Translations under genes and position numbers: made by a program
Source of the DNA: Eledone cirrhosa
Lineage: Eukaryota
NCBI GenBank assembly: GCA_964016885.1
Contig: OZ024747.1
Span: 65,844,001-65,908,000 of the forward strand
Length of the DNA: 64,000 bases
Direction: 5' to 3'
The notes under the pieces: generated by a model
What the model was told of the DNA's origin: nothing
Databases searched by the model: none
Seen by the model: the letters and a program-made list of their open reading frames with translations, nothing else
Shown: positions 29,001 through 43,484 of the stretch, piece after piece
Position numbering within the stretch: position 1 is the stretch's first letter
Layout: every line of letters begins with the position of its first letter

Positions 29001-29442
29001 GCACGGAAGTGTTGTCAGACGGACCTGTCCGAGATGCGCGCAGAGCGACGAAACCGTTCTGCACGCACTCGTCCAGTATCCGTGCATTACTGACTTGTGG
29101 AGTTATGTTGAACAGCTGTTGTCGCGTGTAGAATGGATCCGGCTATCGGCCGAGTCCATAGTGAAGATCGACCCGCCGCATTCTTTTGGCCAGGAAGGGC
29201 AGGCAATTTTCCTCTGTCTGGTGGCAGTAGCGAAATAGGTTGTATGGTGGACGAGGTTGAAAGGACTGAAGACAGACACTTTTCTCTTCGGCTAATCCCT
29301 CATCAACTTTTTTAAGTTTCACTTGGAAAGGAAGGTGAGGGTGGAGAGAGAAGTGCTGCCCCCCAGTACATTTGCTGAAAGGTGGGTGAATGTGGCGAGA
29401 ATGGCCCGTGTGAGTGGGCCTACTCTGGTCATGCGGCTGTAG
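26049..29442 (+). pseudogene. Tx1 copy A ORF2 (AP endonuclease + reverse transcriptase), frameshifts and stops
   Basis: Endonuclease motifs LNVRGL, VYAP, GDWN, SDH. RT motifs PGYWKLN, KSPGLDG, FRPITLLN, KAFD, VRQGCPLS, YADD. C-terminal CPRC...ETVLHAL. Confidence 0.93.
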
Positions 29443-29714
29443 GTAGGTAAATTTGAAGAGGAGAGGGGTGCCCTTCCAGGGTGCTCTCGAAGCGTCGGGT
29501 CGTTCAGGACTGGTGGGGTACCTGAGCGAACACTAGGTGGTCATCCCCCTATTGGGGAATTTTTTCTTGTAATTTTCTTGTTACTTTATTTTTACTTTGT
29601 TATTGTTACTTTGTTTATTCATATTGTTTACTCGATTTTTCTGTAAAACCCCACTGTCCCAGTCTTTTGTTTTGTCCCCTATATGTCGGCCCCTGTGGCC
29701 AATAAATGAAATCC

Positions 29715-29746
<32 letters not shown>

Positions 29747-29923
29747 GGCAAAGGTTTGTTATTTTCAGTTGTTCAAAATTGCCATTCATGGAAAATTTTA
29801 TTGTTAACTGTATATAAGTGCACATACATTGTTATCTGAAAAGGACACCCAAAAAGATTGGGGCCTTGAGCCCAAAATTTAAACTTTTATAATTATCAAA
29901 CAAAAATTTTTCTTTGAAACATC

Positions 29924-31859
29924 ATGGCTGACTCAGAGTCACTCCTTTCTCACAAACTAACACCTCACACCGACACCACCATTATAAATATTACTACGTT
30001 TGCCAACACAAAAAAAATATAAGCAGTAGCAATATTTTAAATTTGTCTCAGGCAGACATTCATTTCCCGCCATTACCAATGACTGCAGGTGTTAAAGCCC
30101 CCCCCCCCACCACCACCACCGCGACAACAGAAACAAAATAAAAAAATAAAAAAATAAATTAACTCGTGATATCGAAATGAATTCAAACAAAATGAACTCT
30201 TCCACACCGAACACCACTGACGCCACCACCACCACAACTGAAACTAAAATTAATAATAAAAAAAATAACGATAACAACAACAGCAACAATGACATTAAGA
30301 AAATCACCCTGAGTTTTGCCAGAGTAGCAAAACAGTGCGAAGCATTTAGGTAACTCAGGAGGAATTAGAAGAAGCCAAAACATTGGTAAAGAAAGATGGG
30401 TACAGGGTCAGCCTCACCCCCCACCTAATAAAATGGAGCATCGGCACCTATGCACCGTGTCTTATCGAACAATTAATATAAAATCGCGCCGAGTGGAACG
30501 GGCATCCGAGTCCCAAATCCAAAAAGCTTTGGGACATGTGTGGGCAAAAAACCCCCACATCAGACGTGGGCAGAAGTATGGAACCGTGGACGTGTTCTTT
30601 GAAACACCACAGGAGGATAGAGAACACTCCATGGCCCCATTAAGAAGTGACGACTTCACACTCGTCCCAAGCTATTGTGGCCAGAGACTGGTAAAGATCA
30701 GAGTCACCCACGTTCCACCGGCCATCGAAATTCCCTGGCTAATAGCTGCCGTCCTCGCCGGCATCGAAGCCAACACCAAGATAATCGAAATAGCGAAAGA
30801 AAAGCAGGAGAACTGGTCCGGATCTGGGATGGAGCTCCTGATCCAAGCGGACCAAAAAAGCATTGAGGAGATCCCAGAGGTAATAGACCTCACTGACGGC
30901 AGCCACCTCACCGTAATTGTCGAGGACAGAAGGCCTAGGTGTGTCGTCTGTGGTGAAGGAACCCACCTAAGGGCCATCTGCCCTCAGGCTAAAAGGTTGA
31001 GGCCACCTCTCCTACCCACCCCAGTGACTCAACCATCAACACCACCAGCAGCAGAGATGGCAGCAACAACTGTAGCAGCAACAACAGAAGCAACTGTAAC
31101 AGCAACAACCCCAGCAACAGTAGCAAAACCACCACCACCACCACCCAACGCGCCAGAACTAGCACCAGCGCCTACACCATCCACCACGCCACAAACAAAA
31201 CTAACGCCAGTGGAGGATTTTCCACTCCCCGGCCTATCACAACCACAACTGGAGACAGATTGTGACGACGAGGAGTGGGAAACGGTATCAGGAAAAAAGA
31301 AAAAAAGAAACCAAAAGAGAAAAAATTCTCTTCCTTCCTCTCCGAAAACAAAATACAGAGGGAAACAAATAAACTATCAAACAAAAAAGTTAGGACAGAT
31401 ATGCCACCATCCACACCAGCATCACCAACCCCATCACCCCAAACACCAACACCATCACCATCATTAACCCCAATACCACCATCACCTACACCACAAAAGT
31501 CACCAAAAAGCGAAACAGATAGAAACCCACAACAAACACAAACAAAACAAAGCAACCAAAACAATACACACTACACAGCATTAAATTTGAACAACCAATT
31601 ATTACACTACATCCAACACAACACCAGCATCACAGAAAAAAACTACACAACAACCCAAAAGTTCACACGACCTCCACACATACAAATCACTCGCATCACA
31701 CAGAAAACGTACATGACACTAAAACAAAAAATCGCCAAAGACATCGGAGACTTCCGACAAGCACTCTCTAGGAGAATTTATAAGGACATCCTTCCTGAGG
31801 AGGCCACAAGCAGTGAAAAGGATGGAGAAACCGTCCTTCCTCTACGAGAAGTAAGGTAA
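29924..31859 (+). pseudogene. Tx1 copy B ORF1, frameshifted
   Basis: ORF pieces 30433-31467 and 31275-31859. CVVCGEGTHLRAIC knuckle, RGQKYGTV motif matching RGRQYGTI in A, and WETVSGKKKKR. Confidence 0.85.
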
Positions 31860-31893
31860 GTGGTCTTTCCCATCTTTTCCACTCCATTTCAAC

Positions 31894-34800
31894 ATGATCT
31901 CACTCAGAATAGGCAGCATAAATGCGCGTGGCTTGGGGTCGTCATGGAAGCAGGGCCACCTGCTCAACGACCTCAGGTCACTAAACATAGATGTAGTGTC
32001 CATCAGCGAGACCAGAATCTCCGAAGCACGCGCCTTCGCACCGATCTTCGGCGGCTACGATGTGTACGCATCTCCCAGCCGTCCGGGATCGGGGGGGGGG
32101 GGGGGAGGAGTTGCTGTGCTTTTTCGGAGAGGTTTGGATCTCGCCATCTTCTGGAACCAGAAGGTAAGTTGGTGGTGCTGGACGTGACCAGCGGACACGG
32201 GCAAGCTTTCAGGCTAGTGGCCGTCTATGCCCCGACAGGAGCAGGGCGGCCTGATTTCTTCCGGCGTCTGGAGACCTTTCTTGGAACGTCCCGCTCTTTA
32301 GTGTTAGTGGGCGACTGGAACGGGATCTTAGATGCACGCTGGGACTGTGTGGGATAAGCGGATAGGGGAGGAGGGTGCAAGAGTCTCACCAACTTGCTCA
32401 GGCGTTTTGAACTGTCTGACAGGTACCGATTGGATTTCCCGAATGTGCCAATGTGGACTTGGACAAATCGCATAGGGTCATCCAGATCATATCTAGATAG
32501 AGTATTTTGTAGGGAAATAGATAGGTATAGCATAGGCTGTCCACAATTCAAGATAGTCAGCTACACGGACCATAAATTCGTGATCTGTGTGCTTGACTTA
32601 GATAGGCTTCAAAGACGAGAACCCGGCTACTGGAAGCTAAACGCGTCCTTACCAGCGCGCAAGGCCTACAGAGACCGGATTAGCGAACTAGTTAAGCGGG
32701 CGTTGACGGGGGCCATCGTCAACAACAAGTGGTGGTTTGCTCTGAAAAGAGCAATTAGAATAGAGTCCATTAGGTTTAGTAAGGCTTTAGCAATAGAGTA
32801 AAATAGAGCAGAGGGAGAATTAGTTAGAAAATTAGACGAGGCGCTTAGCAAAGGCATCGCGACCGACGTACTTGCGGTGAAATTGATCCTTGACCAATTC
32901 TTCAATGCAAAGTACGAAGGCTGCGTTGTCAGAGTTAGGGTGCGTGCTCTCAGACACGAGGGGACGAAAGCCGTTCAATGGGCCCGAGTGGCGGATGCGC
33001 GTCGTGGCAACAAAGCCACGATCCGGTCTTTGGTGGACCACGAGGGGCGCATGCTACTCGATCCCGGGAAAATGTGTGAAGCTTTTCAGCGACACTTCGC
33101 TCAACTGTTCGGGGGCAGTGGCGGGCCGGATCGAGGGATGGACTTTAGTGTCTACCTCGACGGACTGCCGCGGCTCTCGGCCACTGAGGCGGAGTGTTGC
33201 GAAAAGCCGATAACAGCCGCTGAAGTACGGGAGGCAATGACTGGCTGCACAAGGGGTAAATCGCCTGGTTTGGATGGTCTGCCCTATGAACTTTACGTAC
33301 ACATGCCAGACTTGTTCGGAGGCCTCTTGGCAAACGTCTACTGCAACTGGCAACAGAACGGGAGAATTCCCAGCTCTGTGAGCCGAGGAGCGGTGGCGCT
33401 GCTGAGAAAGGCTCCGAACAAGGGGGATAACATAGATAATTTTAGGCCCATAACTCTGCTAAACACAGAGTTCAAGATTTTGGCCAAGGTGCTAGCAAAG
33501 AGGTTGGTGCTTGTCGTTGGTGGTCTGGTGGGAGAGGCGTAGACATGCGCCATTCCCGACAGATCCATCCACGACAACCTCCACCTCATGCGATACATCG
33601 TAGAGAGGGTAGCTATAGAACCTGGCACGGGTGGGTCCTTGATCAATTTAGATCAGTCGAAAGCTTTCGATAGGGTCGACCATCGTTACCTAGCGGCCGT
33701 CCTGATGGCGGTTGGCTTTGGGCCCATCTTCAGACGCTGGATCGCTGCCATGCACAGCGACATCTGCTCTGTGGTGAGAGTGAACGGTCACCTTTCGGAA
33801 CCGTTCAACATCATGCGCTCGGTCCGCCAAGGATGTCCCCTCTCGTCCCTCTTGTACGTATTGACTCTCGAGCCATTACTGCACAAAAAGTGGAGACGTT
33901 GAGGGGGGTCCCGCGCGAACTAGGATGCGGAAGATCCGTGTCAGCATATGCGGACTATGTCACCGTAGTGGTGTCGAACGCCAAACACATCGAAGCGATC
34001 GGCACTACACTAAGAGAATACGAAGCGGTGACAGGAGCAATGATCAACCAGGAAAAGTCAGTGGGCCTGCAGCTCGGCACCTGGAGAGGCAGGTCCATGC
34101 CGTCCAACAGCGTCGTCGGGCGCTGGACGGACGGACCAGTTATATTGCTAGGGGTCTGCTTCGGTCCGTACCTCCAGACGGACAAAAACTGGGACGAAGT
34201 GACGAGCAGGGTGGCTTCTCTCACCCAGAAATGGGCCGAGAGGAAGCTATCCCTGAAAGGTCGAGCGGAGGTGGCTAACGCGTACATCGCGTCCGTCATC
34301 TACTACCGCCTGACCGTCGTACCTTGTCCTAAGCTCCGCCTGACTGCGCTGGAGCGTTTGCTCTCTCGCTTTTTGTGGAAGGGACGCTCTCCGATGGTCA
34401 GGCGGTCCATCTGCTGTCAACACCCGCAACGTGGAGGGCTGGGCATGCCGTGGCTGATGATGCGCAGACACGCGCTCAGGCTACATCTCCACCTGTTCCT
34501 CGACGGTGATCAGGTGTGGTCGCCGTTTGCTAGACACGTCTTTCCCAGCTCGTCTCCTTGACGGAGCTGCAGTCCTGGGTCAAGCGAAGACCGAGAGGGA
34601 GCGCTTGGAGACTGGAATGTCTTCAGGCGCTCACAGCCCCCGACCAATCGGGCAATGTGATCGGTGGAAACTCCAACTTGGCGTTCTATAGGGGATTAGT
34701 GGAGGGGAAGAGCGACAACGTACTTGGAGAAACTCTAGGCGTCGACGAAAATCAACTAGCCAATCTCTTCGGAAGGACTTTCGGGCCGGGGCCTATGGAC

Positions 34801-35290
34801 AACTTCCAGAAATCCCTGGCCTGGCAGTGCTACCGAGGAGCTTTGCCAGTTCGGGATAAACTCTATAGGCATGGAGGTGCCGTCAGCCGGGCATGTCCGA
34901 GATGCGCGCAGAGCGACGAAACCGTCCTGCACGCACTCGTCCAGTGTCCGAGCATTGCTGACTTGTGGGTTTATGTCGAACACCTGCTGTCACGTGTAGG
35001 ACGGATCCAGCTATCAGCTGAGTCCATCGTGAGTAATGCCCCGCCCTCTTCCTTTAGCCGGGAAGGGCAGGCAGTTTTATCAGTCTGGTGGCCATGGCGA
35101 AAGAGATAGTATGGTGGACACGTTTGAAAGGACTGAAGACGAGCACTTACCTCTTCGGTGATGCCCTGATTAACCTTTTCAAATTTCATTTCATAAGGAA
35201 AATCAGGGTTTCCAGCATTTTGTTGAAAGATGGGTGAGAGAAGCAAGTATGGCCCGAGTGAATGGGCCTACTCTGAGTATGTGTCTGTAA
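31894..35290 (+). pseudogene. Tx1 copy B ORF2 (APE + RT), disrupted
   Basis: INARGL, VYAP, GDWN, TDH, KSPGLDG, FRPITLLN, DQSKAFD, VRQGCPLS, YADY (mutated YADD), CPRC. Several stops and frameshifts. Confidence 0.93.
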
Positions 35291-35859
35291 ATTAAAGGTG
35301 GAAAACTGGGAGAGGGCACTTGCCCTGGTGGTCAGGGTCACTGTGGCTTTTTAATGGGCTTTCTCCACAAATGTCCCTCGGAAGTCTCCCCCCTATTGGG
35401 GAATTTTTCATTGTTATTTTTTATTACACCCTCTGTTTTATTTTACACGCAGAAATGCCCATTTGAACCGTCCTGTATTGTCCTGTACTGTCCTTAATGT
35501 CTACTTTATGTAAACCCTTGTGGTTAATAAAGAAAACATTATTATTATTATTATTATTATTTTTATTATTTTTATTTTTATTTTAAATTTTGCCGTCTTG
35601 TATCGCTGTCAACTTAATAATATTTTTTATATTTTTTTTATTTTCTTAATCCTTATTTTTTATTTGCTTATTTGTATATGACGGCCTACTATGATTATTT
35701 ATCCTTATTTGTGTGTGTGTGCATATGTATCCTTTTATATGTGAGTACGTATGCATGTGTGTATATATGTGTGTATGTATGTGTGTGTGTATGTATGTGT
35801 ATGCGTATATATATATGTATATTTATATATATATGTATGTGTGTGCATGTATATATATG

Positions 35860-36406
<547 letters not shown>

Positions 36407-36792
36407 GTAATAATAAAATTGAAGACTAAAATCCAAAGAGGGCTCGATAAGGAAAATATATATCAAATATATAAGAACCGAAGAGCAAATATTTATTAAA
36501 ATAACAGATTAAAGTTTAAGCAAAGAATCGCTGCTTTCACCCTTAACGGGATCTTCTGAAACTAACAAAGTCAATCTGTAAACGCAGTACTGGATATTTC
36601 AAAAAACGTTGCAACCGTAGGAAGACAGGAAGACGTTCGCTGGCAAAGAACGGGGAAAAACGAATAATACGTCATTAATAGGAGCGGTGAAAAACAATTA
36701 CGCGCAAAGACAGAACCACGTTTATGGTATAAAAGAGGTCGTAGACTAATGTTCTCTAAGTGGTGCATAGAGACGTTCTCTGGCAATGAACG

Positions 36793-36934
<142 letters not shown>

Positions 36935-37282
36935 AAAATGGAGCGGGAACAAAACAGAGAGGCAGTATTATTATATATATATATATATATATGTGTGTGG
37001 GTGTGTTTATGTATGGATATATATATATATATATATATGTATATGTGTGTGTATATGTGTCTCTGTGTATATATATGTGTATATATGCGTGTATATATGC
37101 ATGTATATATGTATATATGTGTGTATATGTGAGTGTGTGCGTGTGTGTGTGTGTACGTGTGTGTTGTTATATATTCTTATTTATTATCCCCCCCCCCCCC
37201 TTTTTTTCCCCCTCCAGCCTCACTTTCATATCTGTTATATTTTTGTTTTTCATATCCACTGTCAATAAAGACACCAGGATTT

Positions 37283-37342
37283 TTTCATTCTGATGAATGT
37301 AAGCAATTTTGGTTGCTTTCAAGAAACCACTGGTAAATGAAA
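37283..37342 (+). ncRNA. Type I hammerhead
   Basis: TTTCATT/AATGAAA stem I, CTGATGA at 37290, AAGCAA/TTGCTT stem II, GAAA at 37323, ACCA-C-TGGT stem III, GUA triplet. Confidence 0.72.
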
Positions 37343-37793
37343 TAATTATCTTATGTTGTTTATTACATAACTAATAAGCTCTGTAGCTTACATAGAGTAT
37401 TCTTTTTTCCTGTACCTTTCCGACGGAATTAATTCATTCACACATATATATTTATATATATATTTATATATATATATATATACACACATACTGCTCTGTA
37501 TTTTCACTCAATTATTATGAAAAAAAGAATATTTCTTTGCAAAATTACATGTGTGACACTTGAACTAGGAATGGTGGGTGTGTATGGTATGTGAACTGAG
37601 GTTTGAGGATGCCGTGAGTGTAGCAAAAGTTTTGATAGTGAAGTTGGTTAAATTTTTATCGAAAATAATTGGTCTCTGGATTATTACTATGCAGTGTAGT
37701 AACCAGAGTGATTTGATCATTTGTATTTGGTTGGATGTCTGTCTGTCTATCAGTGCACACATGCATCATGTGTCTACAGACACACATTCACGT

Positions 37794-37841
<48 letters not shown>

Positions 37842-37878
37842 TATATATATATATACATATAAACATATATGCACGTAT

Positions 37879-38530
37879 GTACGAGAGGTGTCAGAAAAGA
37901 AACAGGACTAGAGTGCCCCTCCCCTCCCGCGAAAAAAAGAAAATTCAAATCCAAACTACAAATTATAAGTTTTTCCCCTTCAAATTAACCCCGCTCGAGT
38001 CTCATGCACATTCCCATCCTTCTCCACCATACCTACATGCACTCCTAGAAAATTTCTCCCGGGATCTCCGCAGCTCTGTTGTCCCGGCTCTCTTGGTGGC
38101 TTTCACGCCTGGAAAACGGGTAGTACTCGAAGATCTATGATTCATCTCCGGTGATGACTCTTCCCAGCAAGTCTGGTTCGGTTTCAAGATACCCGAGGAA
38201 TTTGCTGACACATCTACATGCGTCACCCCTTTTAATAATCGTTCAGCATCTTCAGCACCATCTTCTTGCAGATCTTCTGCATGTCCAAAATTTCGGTGAT
38301 ACGGTTGATGTCGGTGATATTCTTCCAAACGCTAATGCGATCCCAGCCGACGATTGCCAGGCACCACCTGCCTCACGCGCTCAACGTTGGCGTCAGTCAT
38401 ACTCGTTGAAGCCCTTCCCCTCCTGGGTTTGTCTTCCACTCTTTTCGCCACTCGGAAACCCATGAGCGCGAAATTGTCTTATCGTTCACTTGCTGCAGTA
38501 TTTCTCATTTTTTCAATAATGTCATCTTTA
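37879..38530 (-). mobile_element. Internally deleted mariner relic
   Basis: Minus-strand fragments read GRASTS.TDANVERV, MQKICKKMVLK, LETEPDLLGRVITGDES..FEYYP. TACGAGAGGTGTC terminus at 37879. Confidence 0.7.
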
Positions 38531-38575
38531 TATATTTTCCATGCTATTTCCAACTTCACCCCCTCTCTCTCTCTC

Positions 38576-38642
<67 letters not shown>

Positions 38643-40071
38643 GATATGTATGTATGTGTGTGTGTGTGTGTGTATAAGATTGCTTTATATTCAAACTATT
38701 CAGAATAACTTCCTAATTCTGACAGAAACTGCGGCTAGAAGCGTAGTTTACTGGTTAGAATTCTTTGCCTGGAAGAGAAACATTCACAGTTCGTCTCTCC
38801 GTAGCGGCTGTTGGCCATTTTTGTGTTGGATTATTATTTATTATTAATACAATGTATTGGATTAATTTACCCTTTTGATTACACCTTGGATGAAAGCCGG
38901 AACGAATACCGATGTTCTATAGACTCTGTCAAATCAATGCTTAAACTCTTTAATATTTTCAAAGAACTGTTTGTATGTTTCAAGATTAGTGGTGTTATCG
39001 GTGAGATTTATGGCAGATTAGGAGTATTATAGGGTCGTCAAGTATGAAATTTGTAGAAATTCGTTCTTTTTCTACAAATTTCTACAAATTTCATACTTGA
39101 CAACCCAATAAATACAATGAAGTAATTTTATTTAACAGACAAATGATATATTGAATAATGAGATGAGCTAGGAAAAATATAAACAAACGTCTTCAAGATA
39201 GAAAGACGACCACTCTGTAGTTATGTTTATGCATTAAAGAGCCAAATCAACGAAGAGATAAGCGCAATTGAATATTTATACGGACATGAAAGATCGTTTA
39301 ATTAGAATGCTAATAAATGTAAATCGTAATACTAATTTATGGAATTACAGAGTAAAGTTGTACAGGTTCGATAATTCAATAATTATAAGTCTATTTAATT
39401 ATATATATAAGATAGAACAGTGTGCGCATTTCATGAATCTAACTTTTAATGTTGATGTTACCACGCTGTGAAAATAATGGAGTGTGGGGTTAAATACTTA
39501 ACAATTCCTGAGTTGATAGAAAAACAAGAAACTATGAATATGTAATTCCGATATTTTTATATCTTTAACAAGCGATGATTATTCCTATAAATCTTTATAC
39601 AGACAACTATTACTATAGTAACACTATACATATATATCATACATAATATAGAAAATACCTGAGTATTCAACAGACACGTATACTATTAAAATAATTCCAA
39701 TTTTCTCCCCAAACTACCAAAACACATCTATTTGTATATGTGCTACAATTTATGTACATGTTACGTAGATCCAGATAGGAGAGATAGATATAGATATAAA
39801 GAGGGGTAGAGTTTGGTGGTAATTGATATAAATTTCTATTTATTTGCCAACAGGGCATCAAAGATTGGGACAAATACAAAGGGGGGAGTTTACATACATT
39901 TAAAAAGACGTGTAAAAAACATATAACAAATTAAATTTAACAATCGATGTCCTCAATAGGGAGGGGCGTTGACATGGGTCGCACACACCCCCGAGAAAAT
40001 GTGCAACCCTCCTCTTCAGGAGCACAAAGAGCGGGTGCTTCCTTCCTCTTCTCATTCTTCTCCTCTCTCAC

Positions 40072-43000
40072 CTACAGGCTGATATAGAGAGAAGGCCCAT
40101 TTACTCGGGCCATTCTTGCTACTTTCACCCACCTTTCATAAAACTTGCTGGGGTAGAGCACCTCTCTCTCCATTCTGATCCTTCTTCTAAAGTGGTACTT
40201 GAAAAAAAAGACCAGTTGTTTGCCGGAGAGAAAGGTGTCTGACCTCAGCCCTTTCAACCTTGTCCACCATACAACTTCTTTCGCCATAGCTATCACACAG
40301 AGGAAAACCGCCTCTCCTTCGTTTTTGAAAGGGGAGGCGGTTTGATCGTGACAATGTACTCGGTGGTCAACCGGATTGGTCCCACCCGCGACAGTAGTCG
40401 TTCCACATAGCCCCACAGGTCAGCAACGCCCGGGCAGTGTACGAATGCGTGTGCGACGGTTTCCTCGTCACGCACGCATCTCGGACAGATCTTCTTCGAG
40501 GGGTCCCTACCCGGGCGCCCGTGTCTGTAGAGCTTGTCCCGAACGGGTAGAGCTCCTCGGTAACATTGCCAAGCCAGGGACTTTTGGAAGTTGTCCATCG
40601 TTCCCGGGCCAAACGTCCTACCGAACAGACTGGCCAGCTCATCTTCCTCCATTCCCAGAGCTTCTCCGAGAGCGTCGTCGCACTTACTGCGCACCAACCC
40701 TCTATAGAATGTTGAGGTTGAGTCTCCACTGATTGCCGGATCCGCTTGCCAGAGAGCCGTGAGCGCCTGGGCACATTCAATGTGCCAGTCGCCCACTTTT
40801 CTCGGTCTTTGCTTGACCCAGGATTGCAGCTCGGTGAGTGAGACGAGTCTCGGAAAGGCTCGCCTCACAAACAGGGCCCACACCGGCTGACCGGTGAGGA
40901 ATACCTGGAGGTGCCGTAGCCTTAATGCGTGTCTACGCATCGTCAGCCACGGCAACCCCAGCCCTCCGTTCGAAGGGTGTTGACAGCAGATGGATCTTCT
41001 CATCAAAGGAGCCCGCTTCTTCCAAAGAAATCGGAAGAGCGCGCGCTCCATTTTGGCGAGTGTTTTCTCTGAGCAAGGCACGACGTTCAAGCGGTAGTAG
41101 ATGACGGACGCTATATAAGCGTTCGCCACCTCCGCTCGACCTTTCAGGGATAGTTTGCACTCGGCCCACTTCTGGGCGAGTGCAAACACCTTGCCCGTTA
41201 CCTCGTCCCAGTTTTTCTCCACCTGGAGGTCCGGTTCGAACCAGACCCCGAGCAGCTTCACCGGTACCCCCGTCCAGAGTCCGACGACACCGTCGGAGGG
41301 CATCGTTTTGCCCATCCACGTCCCGAGTTGCAAACCGACGGACTTGTCCCGGTTCAGCTTGGCTCCTGTGAACCTTTCATATTCCTCCAGTAAGGTGCCG
41401 ATCTGCCCGATTTCCGAGGCGCACGACACCATTACTATCACGTCATCGGCGTAGGCCGACACCGCTTTCCGCAATCCCGGTTCCAAGGGGATGCCTTGCA
41501 ATAGCTCCAGCTTCCGCAGTAGTGGCTCGAGAGCCAGCACATACAGGAGGGTGGAGAGAGGGCATCCCTGTCGGATGGATCGCGTGATTTGGAACGGCTC
41601 CGAGAGGTAGCCGTTCATCTTGACCCTCGAGCAGGTGTTGCTGCTGTGCATTGCAGCAATCCAGCCCCTGAAAACGGGTCCGAAGCCTGCCGGCGCGAGC
41701 ACCGCATCCAGGTACCGATGGTCAACACTATCGAACGCCTTAGATTGATCCAAGTTGATCAGGGCCCCACCAAAGCCGGGTTCGTTCCCTACCCTCTCTA
41801 CGATGTATCGCATGAGGTGGAGGTTGTCGTGTATGGATTGCGCATGTCTGCGCTTCTCCCACCAGGTTCCTGACGACAAGCGCCAACCTCTTTGCTAACA
41901 TCATGGCCAAAATCTTTAACTCTGTGTTTAGCAGAGTTATGGGCCTGAAGTTATCTATGTCATTCTCCTTGTTCTCGTCCTTCCTCACCAGTGTGACTAC
42001 GCCCTTGGTCACAGAACTGGGAATTCTCCCGTTCTGTTGCCAGTTGCAGTAGACCGCCTCGAGGAGACCGGAGAACAAGCCCGGCATCGCTACATAAAGT
42101 TCGTATGGTAGACCATCGAGACCCGGAGATTTGCGTTTGCCGCATTGGCTCAGCGCTTCCCCTATTTCAGACCGTCGAGGTATGTACCGAAATCCATGGC
42201 TCCACCCAGCCCGCCGCCCCTCCCGAACAGTCGTGCAAAGCGCCGTTGAAAGGCCGCGCTCATCCGCTCAGGTTCAAGGATCATGCGTCCATCCTGGTCC
42301 TTCAAAGACCGAATCATGGACTTGTTTCCACTTTTTGCCTCTATCACTCGGGCCCAGCTAACAGCTTTGGCTCCCTCGTTACCCAGAGCACGTATCTTAC
42401 TCCTGACAACGCAGCCCTCGTGCTTCGCATCAAAGAACTGGTCTAGGGCCATTCTTGACGCCAGCACGCCGGCCACGTTGCCACTCCTAATCGCCTCTTC
42501 TACTCTATTTGTTAATTCCCTTTCAGTTCTATTCCTATCTGATGCTAATTCCCGACTAAAACCTATCGATTCTATTCTAATTTCTCTCTTGAGAGAGCCC
42601 CACCACCCGCTGTTGACAATTTCCCCCGTCAAACGCTGCTTAACTAGTGTGCTAATCCGCTTACTGTAAGCTTTGTTTGTTGGTAAAGACAAGTTTAGCT
42701 TCCAGTAACCGGGTCCCTGTCTATGAGTTCTATCAAGGTTGACCACTCCGGTCACCAACTTGTGATCCGAATAGTCAACCATGAACATTCGTGGACAGCT
42801 TAATATGTCCCTATCCTTATTTCTAACTAGGAACCTATCTAGGTACGACCTAGATGTTCCGCTGATATTAGTCCACGACCACAGTGGCACAGTCGGAAAA
42901 TCTAGTCGATATCTATCGGCCAGATCAAATCGGCCGATTAATCGTTTGAGGCTGTTACACCCCCCTCTATCGGGACATGCCCCTATATAGTCCCAACGTG

Positions 43001-43442
43001 CATCCAGGATACCATTCCAGTCCCCCACTAAAAGCAAGGAGCGAGACGTTCTCAGGAAATTCTCCAGGCGTCGGAAAAAGTCCGGTCGCGGTGTCCCAGA
43101 TGAGGCATACACTGCCACCAGCCTGAAAGCTCCACCTTCACCACTGCCGACGTCTAAAACCACCAGTCGACCCTCCGGGTCCAGGTGTACCTTCTGTGTG
43201 GCAAGACCCAGGTATTTTCGCAGCAGAACGACAACCCCACCCCCACCCCTCGGCTGACAGAGAGATGCGTAGATCTCAAAGTCGTCGAAGATGGGGGCCA
43301 GTTGGCGCTCGCTGCTGATCCTGGACTCGCAAATAACCATTACATCCACTCTGTGCGACCTGAGGTCATTTAAGAGTTTGCCCTGTTTCCAGGACATCTC
43401 CAGGCCGCGTGCATTCACGCATCCAACTCTTATATTGGCCAT
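40072..43442 (-). pseudogene. Tx1 copy C ORF2 (APE + RT), few frameshifts
   Basis: ORF pieces 42162-43442 (VNARGL, GDWN, SDH, PGYWKLN), 41740-42087, 40293-41879 (DQSKAFD, IRQGCPLS, YADD, CPRC..HAFVHC) and 40072-40416. Confidence 0.93.
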
Positions 43443-43484
43443 GTTGGTGCTGAAGAGTTAAAAAGGAAGAGGAAAGGGAATTAC

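Larger units (their letters stand above)
23888..29714 (+). mobile_element. Tx1/L1-clade non-LTR retrotransposon, copy A, near full length, disrupted
   Basis: Has a 5'UTR, ORF1 with a CCHC knuckle, ORF2 with APE, RT and C-terminal Cys/His motifs, and a 3'UTR ending AATAAA at 29701. Flanked by (TTA)n on both sides (about 23850-23887 and 29715-29746). Confidence 0.93.
29747..35537 (+). mobile_element. Tx1/L1-clade non-LTR retrotransposon, copy B (different family from A), near full length, disrupted
   Basis: Starts right after the (TTA)n that ends copy A. Same architecture as A, AATAAA at 35526, followed by (TTA)n. Confidence 0.93.

Noticed and set aside
39032-39105. Imperfect inverted repeat of about 27 bp
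   Set aside because: No ribozyme core, TSD or family link was found. It is probably a local fold-back duplication.
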